From contig MQRK01239354.1 in assembly GCA_001938485.1 (NCBI GenBank), positions 1-53,033 of the forward strand: 53,033 nt of DNA, given 5' to 3'. The notes below the pieces were generated by a model that worked only from the letters and a program-made list of their open reading frames with translations, ran no database searches and was not told the DNA's origin. This stretch comes from Girardia tigrina. Taxonomy: Eukaryota. Both the position numbers and the translations under genes were made by a program. Within the stretch, counting starts at the first letter, position 1. Each line of letters opens with the position of its first letter. Below are positions 14,401-27,664 of the stretch, in pieces.

Positions 14401-17400
14401 GTACGTTTCAACCTTAAGTCACGCGTTTTTAATAAGAATTATAAAACGACCACAGAAGAACAATAAACGTTAGATCTTTTCATTTCTTACAGATCCTTTC
14501 GTTCCTCACAGTCGAGATTTTGATTCCGAATTACTGAGAAAATTGCTATTATCGATCCCGAATTATTGAAAGGATTGATTTTGAATTATTGAGAAAATTC
14601 CTATTATCAATCCAGAATTATTGAGAAAATTCCTACTGATTTTTAAAGAAAATTTTTCTGAGATTAAATTGTTTCCCTCTGATAAAGGAGTTGATATATC
14701 AACGCATCGGTGAGACCCTTCGCTTATAGTTTCCTTTAAATTTTTCTTCTTTTAAATTAACATATTTTAAATTTTATAAATTCCATAATCGTTTATATAT
14801 TAAAATAATAATATATATTTATTAAACTGAACTGCTACTTTAGAACTGTGCTTTCTTGAAGTATTCTAAATCCTTATATTACACAAAATGATATTTTTAT
14901 ATTTTTCTTGACTATAACAATAATTGTAAATGAGTTATTTTATATATTGCAATAAAGTTTTTATAAATAATTGTCTTGCGTTATTGATAATTAATCATTT
15001 AATTCAAAGTTCATTATTGACTTTTATTTTCACAATTTGTTATTGATTTTTAATTTAATAAAAAAGTTTAAATAAAATTTTAAGTTCAAGTGAAGATTGT
15101 TAATCTTCTTTGTTAACTCACAGTTGGGTAAAGGAAAGCCAATTCTCTTTTACCCAGTGTCTTAAGAATCATTACGGATCACATTTAGACAACGATTGAA
15201 AAACTATTGACATAGAATTAGAAAGAGAAAATTTTGATTATGCTAGGAAAGCCCTTGCTAATATTTTCAGCCATGCTATAATAGATGACATTCCAGTCAG
15301 TTCTGAATATGTCAATCTGGAAAATGATGAAATTTCCTCAAATAGTGAAGTAACAGAAGCTTGGAAGATGACGCACATAAAAAGATCACAATATTTACTC
15401 CAAATAGTAAAATATCAAAACATCAAAAATATAGCCCCGAGAAGTTGATATTTCACCTTTATTCCTCAAAGATTCCTTCCCAGACTTATCACTCTAAAGT
15501 ATGATACAAATTTGAAGATTGCAAAATCAAAAGATGCACACAAAATTCGCCACGTTATTTCAGAATTAAGCGATTACTTGAACTGATCAAAATCCTCATG
15601 GTTTTAATTGTCCATTTGTTGCAAACATTATGCAGGAAAGAGTGTGCATAGATTGTTGACTTTATTTTGCTTGAATTGAGTAAATGTTGAAAAATGTTGG
15701 GTCTCCAGGGAAGTATATAAAACTTTCGGAAACCAAACAAAAATTATTTTTTCTTTCTCTGGTTCTCATTTCTAGGTGGTTTTCCTAGAAAGGTAAGGTC
15801 CTTAGATTAAGATATTGATTTCAGGTCAAAACCAAAAATTTGATTGTAGGCATTTAATTATTTAGAGAAATTTTATTATGAATTAAATTCAATAATTAAA
15901 AGGCAACAGATCTATTTTCAATAAGATTTATTTTATTATTACAATTTTTACAATAATAGAAAATATAAATAAATAAAGATGAAAGATTACCTATATCGAT
16001 TGATTTTTCACTAATCAGAGTTCTCCTATTAGTAAATTCAGTTTAATGAGAATTTTAATATGTAAATATGAAATATGATTTAATTTGGAAAATTAAATAT
16101 TAAATTTTAGTTATATGATTATATTACATGACGTCCCAATTCCAGAAACAAATCTTTGAAAGCATCGTTTTGTAATTTAGCAATTGAAGTATCTGCTTTC
16201 AGAAATGCTTTTACCATTATATCGGAAAAAGAATTATTGTCAAAGATGATGAACTTCTGCTTCTGGTTCTCTTGAGAAATTTTATTTGAGTCCATAACGA
16301 TTTTCGATGCACATGAACATTGAACATTGAACTCTTTCTTTTGCACAATTTGCAGAAACGATACCCAGACGGAGATCCAATGAATTCCATTGGATATTTC
16401 ATCATATAAATGTCATTTTTTAAAATTTTTATTTCGTATTTTTCGGCATTTTATGATTTTAATTTAAATAAACAAAGAAATATATTTTTTATTTTTTTTA
16501 AATTTTCAAAATATTTTTAATTTTTTTCTGATAAATTGATTATTGTTAATTAATTAAATTCAAATTTTTCAGTTTTTACAAATATTCTAATTCACTTTCT
16601 CAAATAAAATTGAGTTTGTAACCCAAAAATTGACGTAAAATCTAAAAATTGACCTAATAGACCTGACCAGTATGTTTAGCACATCAATTTTTATTTTTAT
16701 GCATTTTCATTAGAAATAAAAAAATGACATTTTTGACTTTNNNNNNNNNNNNNNNNNNNNNNNNNNNNNNNNNNNNNNNNNNNNNNNNNNNNNNNNNNNN
16801 NNNNNNNNNNNNNNNNNNNNNNNNNNNNNNNNNNNNNNNNNNNNNNNNNNNNNNNNNNNNNNNNNNNNGATTGAAACACCGAATCGTTGAAAATATCGAT
16901 TCTTCGACTGCTGATTTTCTGGGTCTGAGTAGAGCAATTTTAGTGAATGGTAATTAATGTTTACATTATAAAGGTTCCATTTAAAAAAATATAATTATCT
17001 TTATAAATTAAAAAAAATAAATATTTACATTTAAAGTTGTTTTCAATAAATTATGAAATTTATTTATCAATCCAAAAAAAACCTTAATTTGTATTTGAAA
17101 GCAATTACGAAATCAATTAAAAAATAAATAAATTGCTTGATATATTTCATATGTGAAGGAAGTCTGTCATTTTATGTTGATTTCATTTGGTTATTCATTT
17201 TCCTGTTACATGAAGTTTTTATTAAACTCTAATTTTGAATATTTATTTAAATTGTAAATTGATATAAATATATTGAAAAGCACTGATTTACACAAACTTG
17301 TTTCTCTGTTACGAGAATTTTTTTAGGTGTTCAGCGTAAATTAGGTTTGCTTGTTTCGAAAATGGAAAGTGCTTATTTTATCTCATCCAATTATTATAGA

Positions 17401-20400
17401 TTTACTTAATTGATATTATAGTAATTAAGAAATTATCTAAGTTCGTTTATCTCCTTTTGGAGTTGTAGAATAAAAGAACAAATTATGATTCCTTCTATAA
17501 TTTACATATTTTTTAAAAAAAGCAGTTCCTAAAAAAAAGCAGTTCAATTCACTAAGCAAAGACAATATAAAGGATTATTCGATTTTTTATAATATAAAAG
17601 AAAATAAATTAAAGAAAATAAATAAGCATATTTTTGTATTTAAAACCTAGAATTTATTTGGTTAGAATTTCATGATAAAGATTGAGGATTGAAAAAATCA
17701 TTATAAAAACAGTAGAAATGATAATTCATTTCTACTGTTTTTTACTGTAGTATTTTTTTTGTTACTGTAGTATTGGAAAACGGTGATGCCTTTAGTGAAG
17801 TCAACCTTAATTATTTCTTTGGCGTCACAAAACATACTAATTATACATTTTCAATGAGATTGTCTGTCAATTTCCCTTCGGTAATTTCTTTATGCATTCG
17901 CTAATCCAATTGTAGATAGTACCCCTACATGTTACTTTACTTCCATATGTTTCTTGAAGTTGATCAACAGTCTAGATATTCTCAGTCTTTTTCAAAAGAA
18001 AAATAAACTAATAATGCTCCTAAATCAGACTAACTGTTAAAATTAAAAAAAGCTGCAAAAGATACGGAAACAAACTTTCAAAAGTTACAAATTCGATATT
18101 ATTAAAATCTCTGTATAATGTACACCTCTTTTATGAGCATAAAGTGTACCTTATATAGTAGACGAAGCTTTTAGTGATTTCTATTATTATTTACAAAAAA
18201 ATAAATAAAAACAACAAAGTTAAAATGACTTAAATGACCTAAAAGAGTTGATTTAAGATTATGGATAATGAGTGCTTGTCGCTGTTGTTTGAAACATAGG
18301 ACGGCGCTGTAGAGGCGAGCCATAGAGATCTGGTGATCGAGATAAGCGAGTCACGGAGCGAGGGTAATGGAAGTGAGTTGTGTTTCTCACCCCTGCCACG
18401 GAAGCACTGATTTTCCAACCCTTTTTCCAACGAATAAATATAATATTGTTTTTTATCATATTGAACGTTTTTGTGGTTCAAAAATAAAACTATAATAAAA
18501 AACTGTAATACAAACCATCAACATCAATTACCAAAAAATGCTAAAACTTTTAAGCTAAATATTTTAAGAAAAATAGGGAAATCTTTGTTTTAGCATTTAT
18601 TTTTTATTATAAAATTCGTTGATTGTTGTTTGTCGCATTCTAAGTTTTAGTTTTCTTTCCACATCAAATTTAAAGTTCAAAAGATATGTCTCGTAAGAGT
18701 TAAATTCATTTCCAGAGCAAAAAGGTATCAGTTTTTCAATATGCATTTCTACTTCTGCACAACTCAGAGTTCGAGTTATTTTGACTTGATCAACAATTTC
18801 TTCGTTTTTTAATTGATTCTTCTTTATTATAAAACTCCCCGATTAATTTTTATTATATATCGTCTTCATGATCTAGAACTCGTGTAAGTTTTCCCTCAAA
18901 ACTACAGACTCTTCTGCAATTAAAATTTCTTTACTTATTTGCCTTGGTTCAGCTATATTTTTTCGATTTATAAAAATTCATATATGCCTAAAGTAATGTC
19001 TAAAAGCATCTTTGTATTGTTTGTGTACAGAGCTCCAAGCATAAGATATTGATTTTACAGAATCCAACATTCTAGGCTTCTGGCCAATCCAGAAGCATGT
19101 TTTCAAGTGTCCTTACATTTTAACAATTGTAAGACTTGGGATGCATTTATACAGCAGATAACATCAACAGATCTTTTCTCTTTTTTATTGAAAAACATTA
19201 TATAAAAAAATTAATAGAAAAAGGATCCAATTCTTTCAGGTATTAATTGAAAATTAATACTGTTGCCCATACCGTATAACTGTGTTTATAAATAAAAAAA
19301 TTAACCAATGCCTTTGAGAGCTCGAGGTGTTTGCAATTTTAATTATCAAAAGAGAAAAATTCTCATCAATTTTTCTTCAGGAAATTCTTCAGCAATACTG
19401 TGCAAATGTTTATTTTGTGCATATTTTTAATGTTTTCTGTCTTTGTGTCTTTTTTAATTGTGTGGCTGAAAGAACAGCCGCTCTGATAAATGTCTCGGCT
19501 CCGATGTGATCTCTTCTCATGTTTGTTCAGTTCCTTGATATCTGCAAAGGACTTCAAACATAGATCGATTTGGCAGTTTTGCGATCTCAATCTTGGTAAA
19601 ATAAGCCTAGCATCTCAGCATTCGTCCCCTCTCTGTTCAGTTTGAGTATTCAGATGATCTTCTCGATTCTTGCATCTGTTGTCAGAAGGTCCCCATTTTG
19701 ATCTCATTGATAAAGTTCTCAAGATTAAATTGTTCTCTAAATAGCCAATTCATATCAAATTTGAAGTATTACATTAGATGTTTTTTTGTCACTGACTTTC
19801 TTTTTTCCTCGTAGATATCTTTGAATTGCTTTCTTTACCCCTTCTGGACAGTCACCTAGCTTGATCTTTACATCATGGATGACTCTTAATTTCGCCAGTA
19901 TATCAATCAGATATGTTAATATAATGTCCATTGTATTCATTCTTCTTCTTTCTATCTTTAGTACACCTATGACTCGTCTGGTACACATTTTGGGAAATAT
20001 TTCTAACCTTTTGACACGCTCTACATTTGTCCTCTAATTTTTGCAGCCGTAAGAAGCCACTGGGACTATAAAACTGGAAATTATATTTTTCTTATTCACG
20101 ATGGATAAAAAAGTCACAGTTTGTTATTTATTATTAATGGTCTCAGAGTCTTTAGTTTTATGACCCCTTTCTAAATTCTTGATTTGATTTCCTTTCCTGA
20201 TGAACATCCGCATTCGATTACGGATCCGAGATAACTGAACTCATTCACTCATTCGACTCGTATTTTGATTTTGTTTCCTGCAGTTGTATATCGCGGTCCG
20301 TTGATGTTCATTATCTTCGTTTTGACAATGTTTATCTTGAGCTCCATTTTTAAGAATAAAGAGTTCAAAATATACGGATTTTTATATATTAGGTTGGTCG

Positions 20401-21784
20401 AAAAATAATGGCGGTTTTTGGACACAAATTTCAAAGACGTGCAAATTCACAGAAACAAAAGTTTATTAATCAAAGTATAAACCGTTGGCATCAATACATT
20501 TTTGCCAACGAGAAACAAGTTGTTTTATTCCATCAGCATAAAATGCATCGGTTCTCTAAACAACGAATTCTTGGAAGGCATTTTGAGCATCATTTTGGTT
20601 TTTGTAAATTTTTTCACGTAGGAAGTTGTACAAATGTCTGAAAAAGTAGAAATCCGTTGGCGAGAGGTCTGGTGAATATGGTGGATGAAGCAGGGTTTCA
20701 TAGCCCAACTCATTAAGCTTTTGAAGAGTCACTTTTGAAATATGAGGTCTAGCGTTATCATGAAGAAGGATGNGACTTTTTCGATTGACCAATCCCGGAC
20801 AAAGGGTTTTCAATTTTTTATGCATTTCTTCAATTTCATGACAGTACCTCTCCGCTGTGATTGTTTCACCTGGATTCAAGAAACTATAGTGGATGATTCC
20901 AGCATCACACCACCAAACTGTCACCATAACCGTATGGGGTGTTATTTTCGGTTTTGGAAAGTGTTTTGGTACTTCATCTTTGTCCAACCACTGTGTAGAT
21001 TGACGTCGGTTATCATACAGGATCCATTTCTCATCACAGGTAACAATATGATCAAGAAATGGATTGTTTTTATTGCGAAGATGATTGGCAGAACAAATTT
21101 CATAGCGTCGGTTCTTTTGATTTTCATTCAAATCACGTGAAACCCATTTATCAAGTTTCTTGATTTTTCCAAGTTGTTTTAAATGATCCAGGACTGTTGA
21201 ATGACTAATGCCCAACCCATCTGCAAGTTCTCTCATTGTTGTACGGGGATCTGTTTCCANNNNNNNNNNNNNNNNNNNNNNNNNNNNNNNNNNNNNNNNN
21301 NNNNNNNNNNNNNNNNNNNNNNNNNNNNNNNNNNNNNNNNNNNNNNNNNNNNNNNNNNNNNNNNNNNNNNNNNNNNNNNNNNNNNNNNNNNNNNNNNNNN
21401 NNNNNNNNNNNNNNNNNNNNNNNNNNNNNNNNNNNNNNNNNNNNNNNNNNNNNNNNNNNNNNNNNNNNNNNNNNNNNNNNNNNNNNNNNNNNNNNNNNNN
21501 NNNNNNNNNNNNNNNNNNNNNNNNNNNNNNNNNNNNNNNNNNNNNNNNNNNNNNNNNNNNNNNNNNNNNNNNNNNNNNNNNNNNNNNNNNNNNNNNNNNN
21601 NNNNNNNNNNNNNNNNNNNNNNNNNNNNNNNNNNNNNNNNNNNNNNNNNNNNNNNNNNNNNNNNNNNNNNNNNNNNNNNNNNNNNNNNNNNNNNNNNNNN
21701 NNNNNNNNNNNNNNNNNNNNNNNNNNNNNNNNNNNNNNNNNNNNNNNNNNNNNNNNNNNNNNNNNNNNNNNNNNNNNNNNNNNN

Positions 21785-21827
<43 letters not shown>

Positions 21828-23935
21828 ATCATCGTTTTTTGTTCACCTGCACTTGTGATGTGAACTCCCTCTGATAGTCCCTCTTTCATTGCTATCTTTA
21901 CTGCGAAGTTGAATACCAGATTGAATAGGTGAGGTCTACCCACACTGACTTATCTCACTTCTTTTTCCATCGTGAATTTCCTTTGGTTAATATGAATTAA
22001 CCTATGAATTCTTCTTATAAACTTGTGATCAACTGGGATTTGTGCCCCAGAATTTCGATTCTTCGAAGACAGTCCCTAAGAACTTGTCTTTGGATAGTGT
22101 CAAAAGCATTTTCGAGGTTAATAAATATTGCAAAAAATTTCTTTTTTCCAGTGTATGGTTTCTTCTCGAATCCTTCGCTTGATTGAAATCGTTGGAGATG
22201 TTCCTCACTTTGGTCTCAACTCAAACTCTGCCAGTATCGATTCGAGATGTGGAATTAGTCGGTTTGATATACCTCATGCCATAATTTTCCTCCAACACAC
22301 AAGAGGAAGATTCCTCGGTATTTTTTTTGGAATAGTTTTGAATAGTATTACTACCTTCAGGGTTTTCCATCCGTCCGATAAATCTTCCATTCCCTCCCAT
22401 GCCTGCTTAAAACAGTGTAAAAACTTGAAAAGAAACTAGTGTCGATTCTTTAATAGTTCGATATCATGCCATTTGAACCAGTAGCTGTATTATTCTTGAG
22501 ATGCCTTACAGAAGCTTTCACTTCTTCCAATTTCGGAAATTTATTAATGTCCAGAGTTATGTCGTTATTATACATGATCTCATAGTTCTTTTCTTCTTTT
22601 TTGAATAATTTTGGGAAGTGTTCCGCCTACTCTTCATTAGTAAGCTTGTTCTATACTGATCAGAGTGTTGATTCCTTTGTTTTGCTATTGCACAGTGTTA
22701 AGAGCTCGGCGTATAACTCGGAGAATTTTTCAAAACAATCTCTGATCAATACTCCATTGACTTTTGTTCCGATCTACTCTAATCTATCTGTCTCCCACTT
22801 CCGACGATTTCTTAAGATGTTTAATCTTGCTACTTTTACTTTATCTGCTGATTTCTATTTTGGAAGTATTTTTTTCTTATTGACCATTTTTCCTGAAGTA
22901 GCTATTTAAGCCCATCAAGTTGTGGATGTAACCATCTGTTCTTGAGCAAGACTGTTTTCTTACGTCTGTATCTTTGCATCCAGTTCTGCACTGTCACTTC
23001 AAGATCTCCTGAATTGTTAATTGTAAGACACGTAAATATTCTATCCACAAAGGTGTCAAAAATGATATCTATTGAACGTTTAGAACGCACCATACCTCTT
23101 TCTCATGCCACCCTATATATATATATATGGATAAAAATAAGACGACGCGTTTCGAGATAATAAAAATCCCATCATCAGGTCACAAATTACACTACGCAAG
23201 TACACTATATGGTAGCTTGCCGAAAATAAATTAAATTTATCCAATAAATTATTGGATGAAAATAACTTTATTTCACTTTTGCTTAAAATTAAGAAAAATG
23301 CACTAAATGCAATCAATCTCATTCTCGCAAACCAACCATTGGCAGNNNNNNNNNNNNNNNNNNNNNNNNNNNNNNNNNNNNNNNNNNNNNNNNNNNNNNN
23401 NNNNNNNNNNNNNNNNNNNNNNNNNNNNNNNNNNNNNNNNNNNNNNNNNNNNNNNNNNNNNNNNNNNNNNNNNNNNNNNNNNNNNNNNNNNNNNNNNNNN
23501 NNNNNNNNNNNNNNNNNNNNNNNNNNNNNNNNNNNNNNNNNNNNNNNNNNNNNNNNNNNNNNNNNNNNNNNNNNNNNNNNNNNNNNNNNNNNNNNNNNNN
23601 NNNNNNNNNNNNNNNNNNNNNNNNNNNNNNNNNNNNNNNNNNNNNNNNNNNNNNNNNNCACATTGCAAAGTAAAATCCATATAATAGGGATAAAAATAAG
23701 ACGACGCGTTTCGAGATAATAAAAATCCCATCATCAGGTCACAAATTACACTACGCAAGTACACTATATGGTAGCTTTTTCTTCGTTACCTTTTAAAGTA
23801 AATTATATTTATTAAAATTGTGAAAAATTGTAGTATTCAAACAATTCAATAGAAAATTGCTGATGATGATGTATATAAACATCGAAACATGTCCAATAGT
23901 TGTATAAAAAAAGCTTTAACCAAATTATATTTTCG

Positions 23936-23983
<48 letters not shown>

Positions 23984-26900
23984 CTTTGATTTAAATGTGC
24001 GTTGTTTAAACGTATCAGATCAGTTTTTTAATTTTTCGAATCTTCTGTTTAATTTCGTAATTAAACGTGACCAGTTTTGTAGCAAGATTTGACTAGTGTA
24101 AATCTAGTGAATGTAAATTGAAGTTTGTTTTTCTATGATTTGTATTTTTTCAGTTTAGTGTTTTTTGATGGCTAACAATCGTCCTATCTCTGCTTAATTC
24201 ATTAAACTTAAGCAGCCTTCTTCCAAATCTACTCAGGAGCAGCCAAATGAACAATTGACTCCCTCATCTCAATCGCCATCTACTCCTGAAATTGTGTTCC
24301 AAAATCATCAATCCTCGTCGTCTCCACCAATGAAGAAGCGAAAACTATTGTCTTTACTTCAAAACATACTATTTCAATCGCAACAATACGGAAGGCTTAG
24401 ATAGAACCTTCATAAATAAACATTTTCAGAATTTCGAGAAAAGCACTGATTGTCCAGCAAAGCAAAATAAGCTTCTGAAGCATGCGGATTCGGAAAGCCA
24501 CAGGAAATTAAAAGCTTTCTTTTCGACTAGAGAAGAAAGTCTCCGTCAAAGAACTTTGTTTAACCAATTACACATAACTAGTGATGCCGAGAAAAAAGAA
24601 AATATGCAACGGCTCATAAATTATGCTAAATCAATATGCTGGCTTACAAAAGAGGAAATTCCTTATTTAAAAGCAGTCTCCTGAATTCGTGCAAAGAATT
24701 GAATTGACGTTTTGGATGGGTTGGGAAAAGGGGATGTTCACTTCAATGATGTATTATGATTGTCCTTAGATGATGCCACCAACTTGGTTGGTAAGAAAAT
24801 GGCACGCAAGCTCTGGTGATTAAAAATCACACTAAAGAGACAGTCTATATTCATTATCGTAGCCATGCCTTACAATTAGTGTTCGTAAATGCCGTGCAAA
24901 AGTATCCGGAAATTAAAAGGATTTTCTCCACTCTAAACAGCCTGTTGCAGCACCTTTACAACAGTTTGAAAAACCTCAGAAAATTAAAAGCAATTTAAGA
25001 CTTGCTTGATTGACCAGATATGGATCTTCTCGGGTCTGACAACACAAGATGGACATCCCACAATCACTGCATTGCATAAACTATCAAATTTTTGGAATCA
25101 ATATTAGTCATTTTGCAAGAAATTTATGCAGATGGTGGAGACTTATCATCAGAAGCTGGTGATCTGCTGTTGACACTTCAGACATCAAAGGGGGATTACT
25201 CTATTCTTTGAATTGAAGCGTATTCTCCAACCTCTCTCCATTTTATCGAAGCAGATGCAGTCTCCAAATTCTACTCTTGTGAGAATGGATGAGTTCATAT
25301 CAACTGCCAAATGCACTTTGAATGAATTAATGGAGAATCATATCCTTTATCAAGATTAAGCACAGAACTTCATTCAATCAACATCAACAGCTCTTGTTAA
25401 CGAGATTATTTAGAAAACAGTTATTCTTATTCTCTTTTACCGGAACAGTTCGATTGTGGAAAGAACTCACTGAGCAATTTACTCATGATAATTTTAATTT
25501 TTGTTATCTCGATTTCCGATGATCCGCGTGCAGGGTCTGAAAGAAGCATTATCTTAATCACGCTAATAGTTTTTTAAAGCGTGATTCGAAAATCAAATGC
25601 AAATTAAATTAAGATCAAAAAAGATCAATAATTAAATTGATTAAAAATTTGGATATAAATACTTACTTACCGTTGACTTATAAGCCGTTGGCGTGTGTCT
25701 TGATAGTGGATGTTAATTTTTTTGTTTGATTTTTTTTAGAATTATCGTTAACTAGTTGTTAATATTTTTACTTTCTATAATTTATTTGTAGTAAAAATAG
25801 ACTCATTTTGTTGACTACTTGAGTCTATTTTTACAGCATGAATAGGATCCTCACGCATTTAAGGCAACGCATGTCCCATGAAAACTTTGAAGCATGTATG
25901 CTGGTTACGATTGAGGACCCAGAAAAGATGACAGATGAGGAAGCACTAAAAATTGGCACAAACAAAAAAAGAAGAATTCGCACTCCATTATTCCCTTGTC
26001 ATGATGCACATGATATTTTGAATCAGCTACACCATTATAGTTTTACTCTATTCTGATATTAATTAGTGTGTTTATTTCTTGCATTCTAGTAAAATGGTGT
26101 TTCCATTTCTTTTTGTGCTTTTCTGATGGTCATTTACTTTTTGGTCAATAACAGAATTATGAAGATACAGAAAAAAATTTTCCACGAGTAAAATAATTTC
26201 TTTCTTAATCAATTTGAAACACTTAATTTTTACTTTATGATAAATTACTAGAATATCACTTACTTCTTCATCAACATCCGCTCAGATTTAGAGTGGAAAA
26301 AAGTGCATGCACATCGCAGTTCCCCCAATATTTTCCTGTCCCCCCCAAAGAAAAGTTCTGGTGGGAACATTGGTATCCATGAAATTTAGAAACCTATTTC
26401 TAAAGGCTTTTTACCCAATCAATTTTCTTCAAACTTTGCACACTTACTAATTTTCGATGACAATAAATTATAATGTGAAAATGTGATCGAAAAAAACTTT
26501 TTAAGCTCCCAAATAAAGAGAAAAGGAAAACTCGTAGTTCCTGGACAAAATTAGTAAAAAAAAAATCTACTTATAAATTATAATTATATTAAATTATTAT
26601 TATAAATTATTATTATATTATATTACGTAAAAAAGTAAATATAAAAAAGTATTAATAAATTAATAAATATTAATAAATGTAATAGTAATTTTCCGTTCTA
26701 AAAAAGATAACAAAACAATTATCTTGGCGAAATAGAGTTTTGCTAGCATAAAGAATGGATATAAAACTTTTTTTGATTTACTAGTTATTTTCATATGAAC
26801 ACCTTGAGCGGTGATTTTTTATGAGATGTAATCGATCCGCTCAGTTTCTTTGCTTCTGTTAAATTATTCTATACGATAGAAATCATAGATTTTTGTTTTC

Positions 26901-27628
26901 TTTTTTTATTTTAAATTTGATACGTTATTATATTGCTTTATTAAAAGTACTTAAATAAAAAAAAGAAAAAAATGCAATGACATTTAATAAAATACATTAA
27001 AATAATTGTTGCTTTGTATTCTGATATTTTGAAAGATAAGTTTATTTTGTAACTTGTGTTTAATATATTTTCTTTAGATTCCCTGATTAAAAGATTAGAA
27101 TTCTTGAATCAAACGTCTCATTTATTCGAAGACCTTGCAAATTTAATTACTAAGTTTAATGAAGCCAGCAAGGAGACTGCTCTCATTCATAAAAGTAATT
27201 TTTATTGATTTTGATTGACTAAAAGTAGGGTATTGAAATTTAACAGAAAATTTGACTGGGTTTCTTTTTGTTATTATACAAATTAAAACACATCATGCAT
27301 AAATTTCATGACAATATAATGAAATTTAAATATTAAATAAAAACCAGATAGTAATTTGGGTTGCCGGACAATTCAACACATATTGTTTTATTCCACACAA
27401 TGAAATGAGATATTTTCATTGTAACTATACATTTTTTAAAACTCAACATTTTTAATAACTATATTTTTAATGTGATTTTAGATTTTTTAATATTTTTGAA
27501 AAAATCAACGTTTGACATGTTTCGATCACGATCTCTGACCGTCTTCAACAACTTTATTTGTGATATATCCTTATTGTATGTATTTTAATAATTTATTTGA
27601 TTTTTAAAGCATAAATAAATAAAGCGTA

Positions 27629-27664
<36 letters not shown>

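Noticed and set aside
14525-14640. Short repeats resembling a CRISPR array
   Set aside because: Irregular tandem repeats with no unique spacers, inside a solo LTR in a eukaryotic context.
21201-21943. Long ORFs spanning N runs (also 23113-23764, 34937-35708, 16697-16957)
   Set aside because: Artefacts of assembly gaps translated as X. Only the PICK1 exon 4 part is real.
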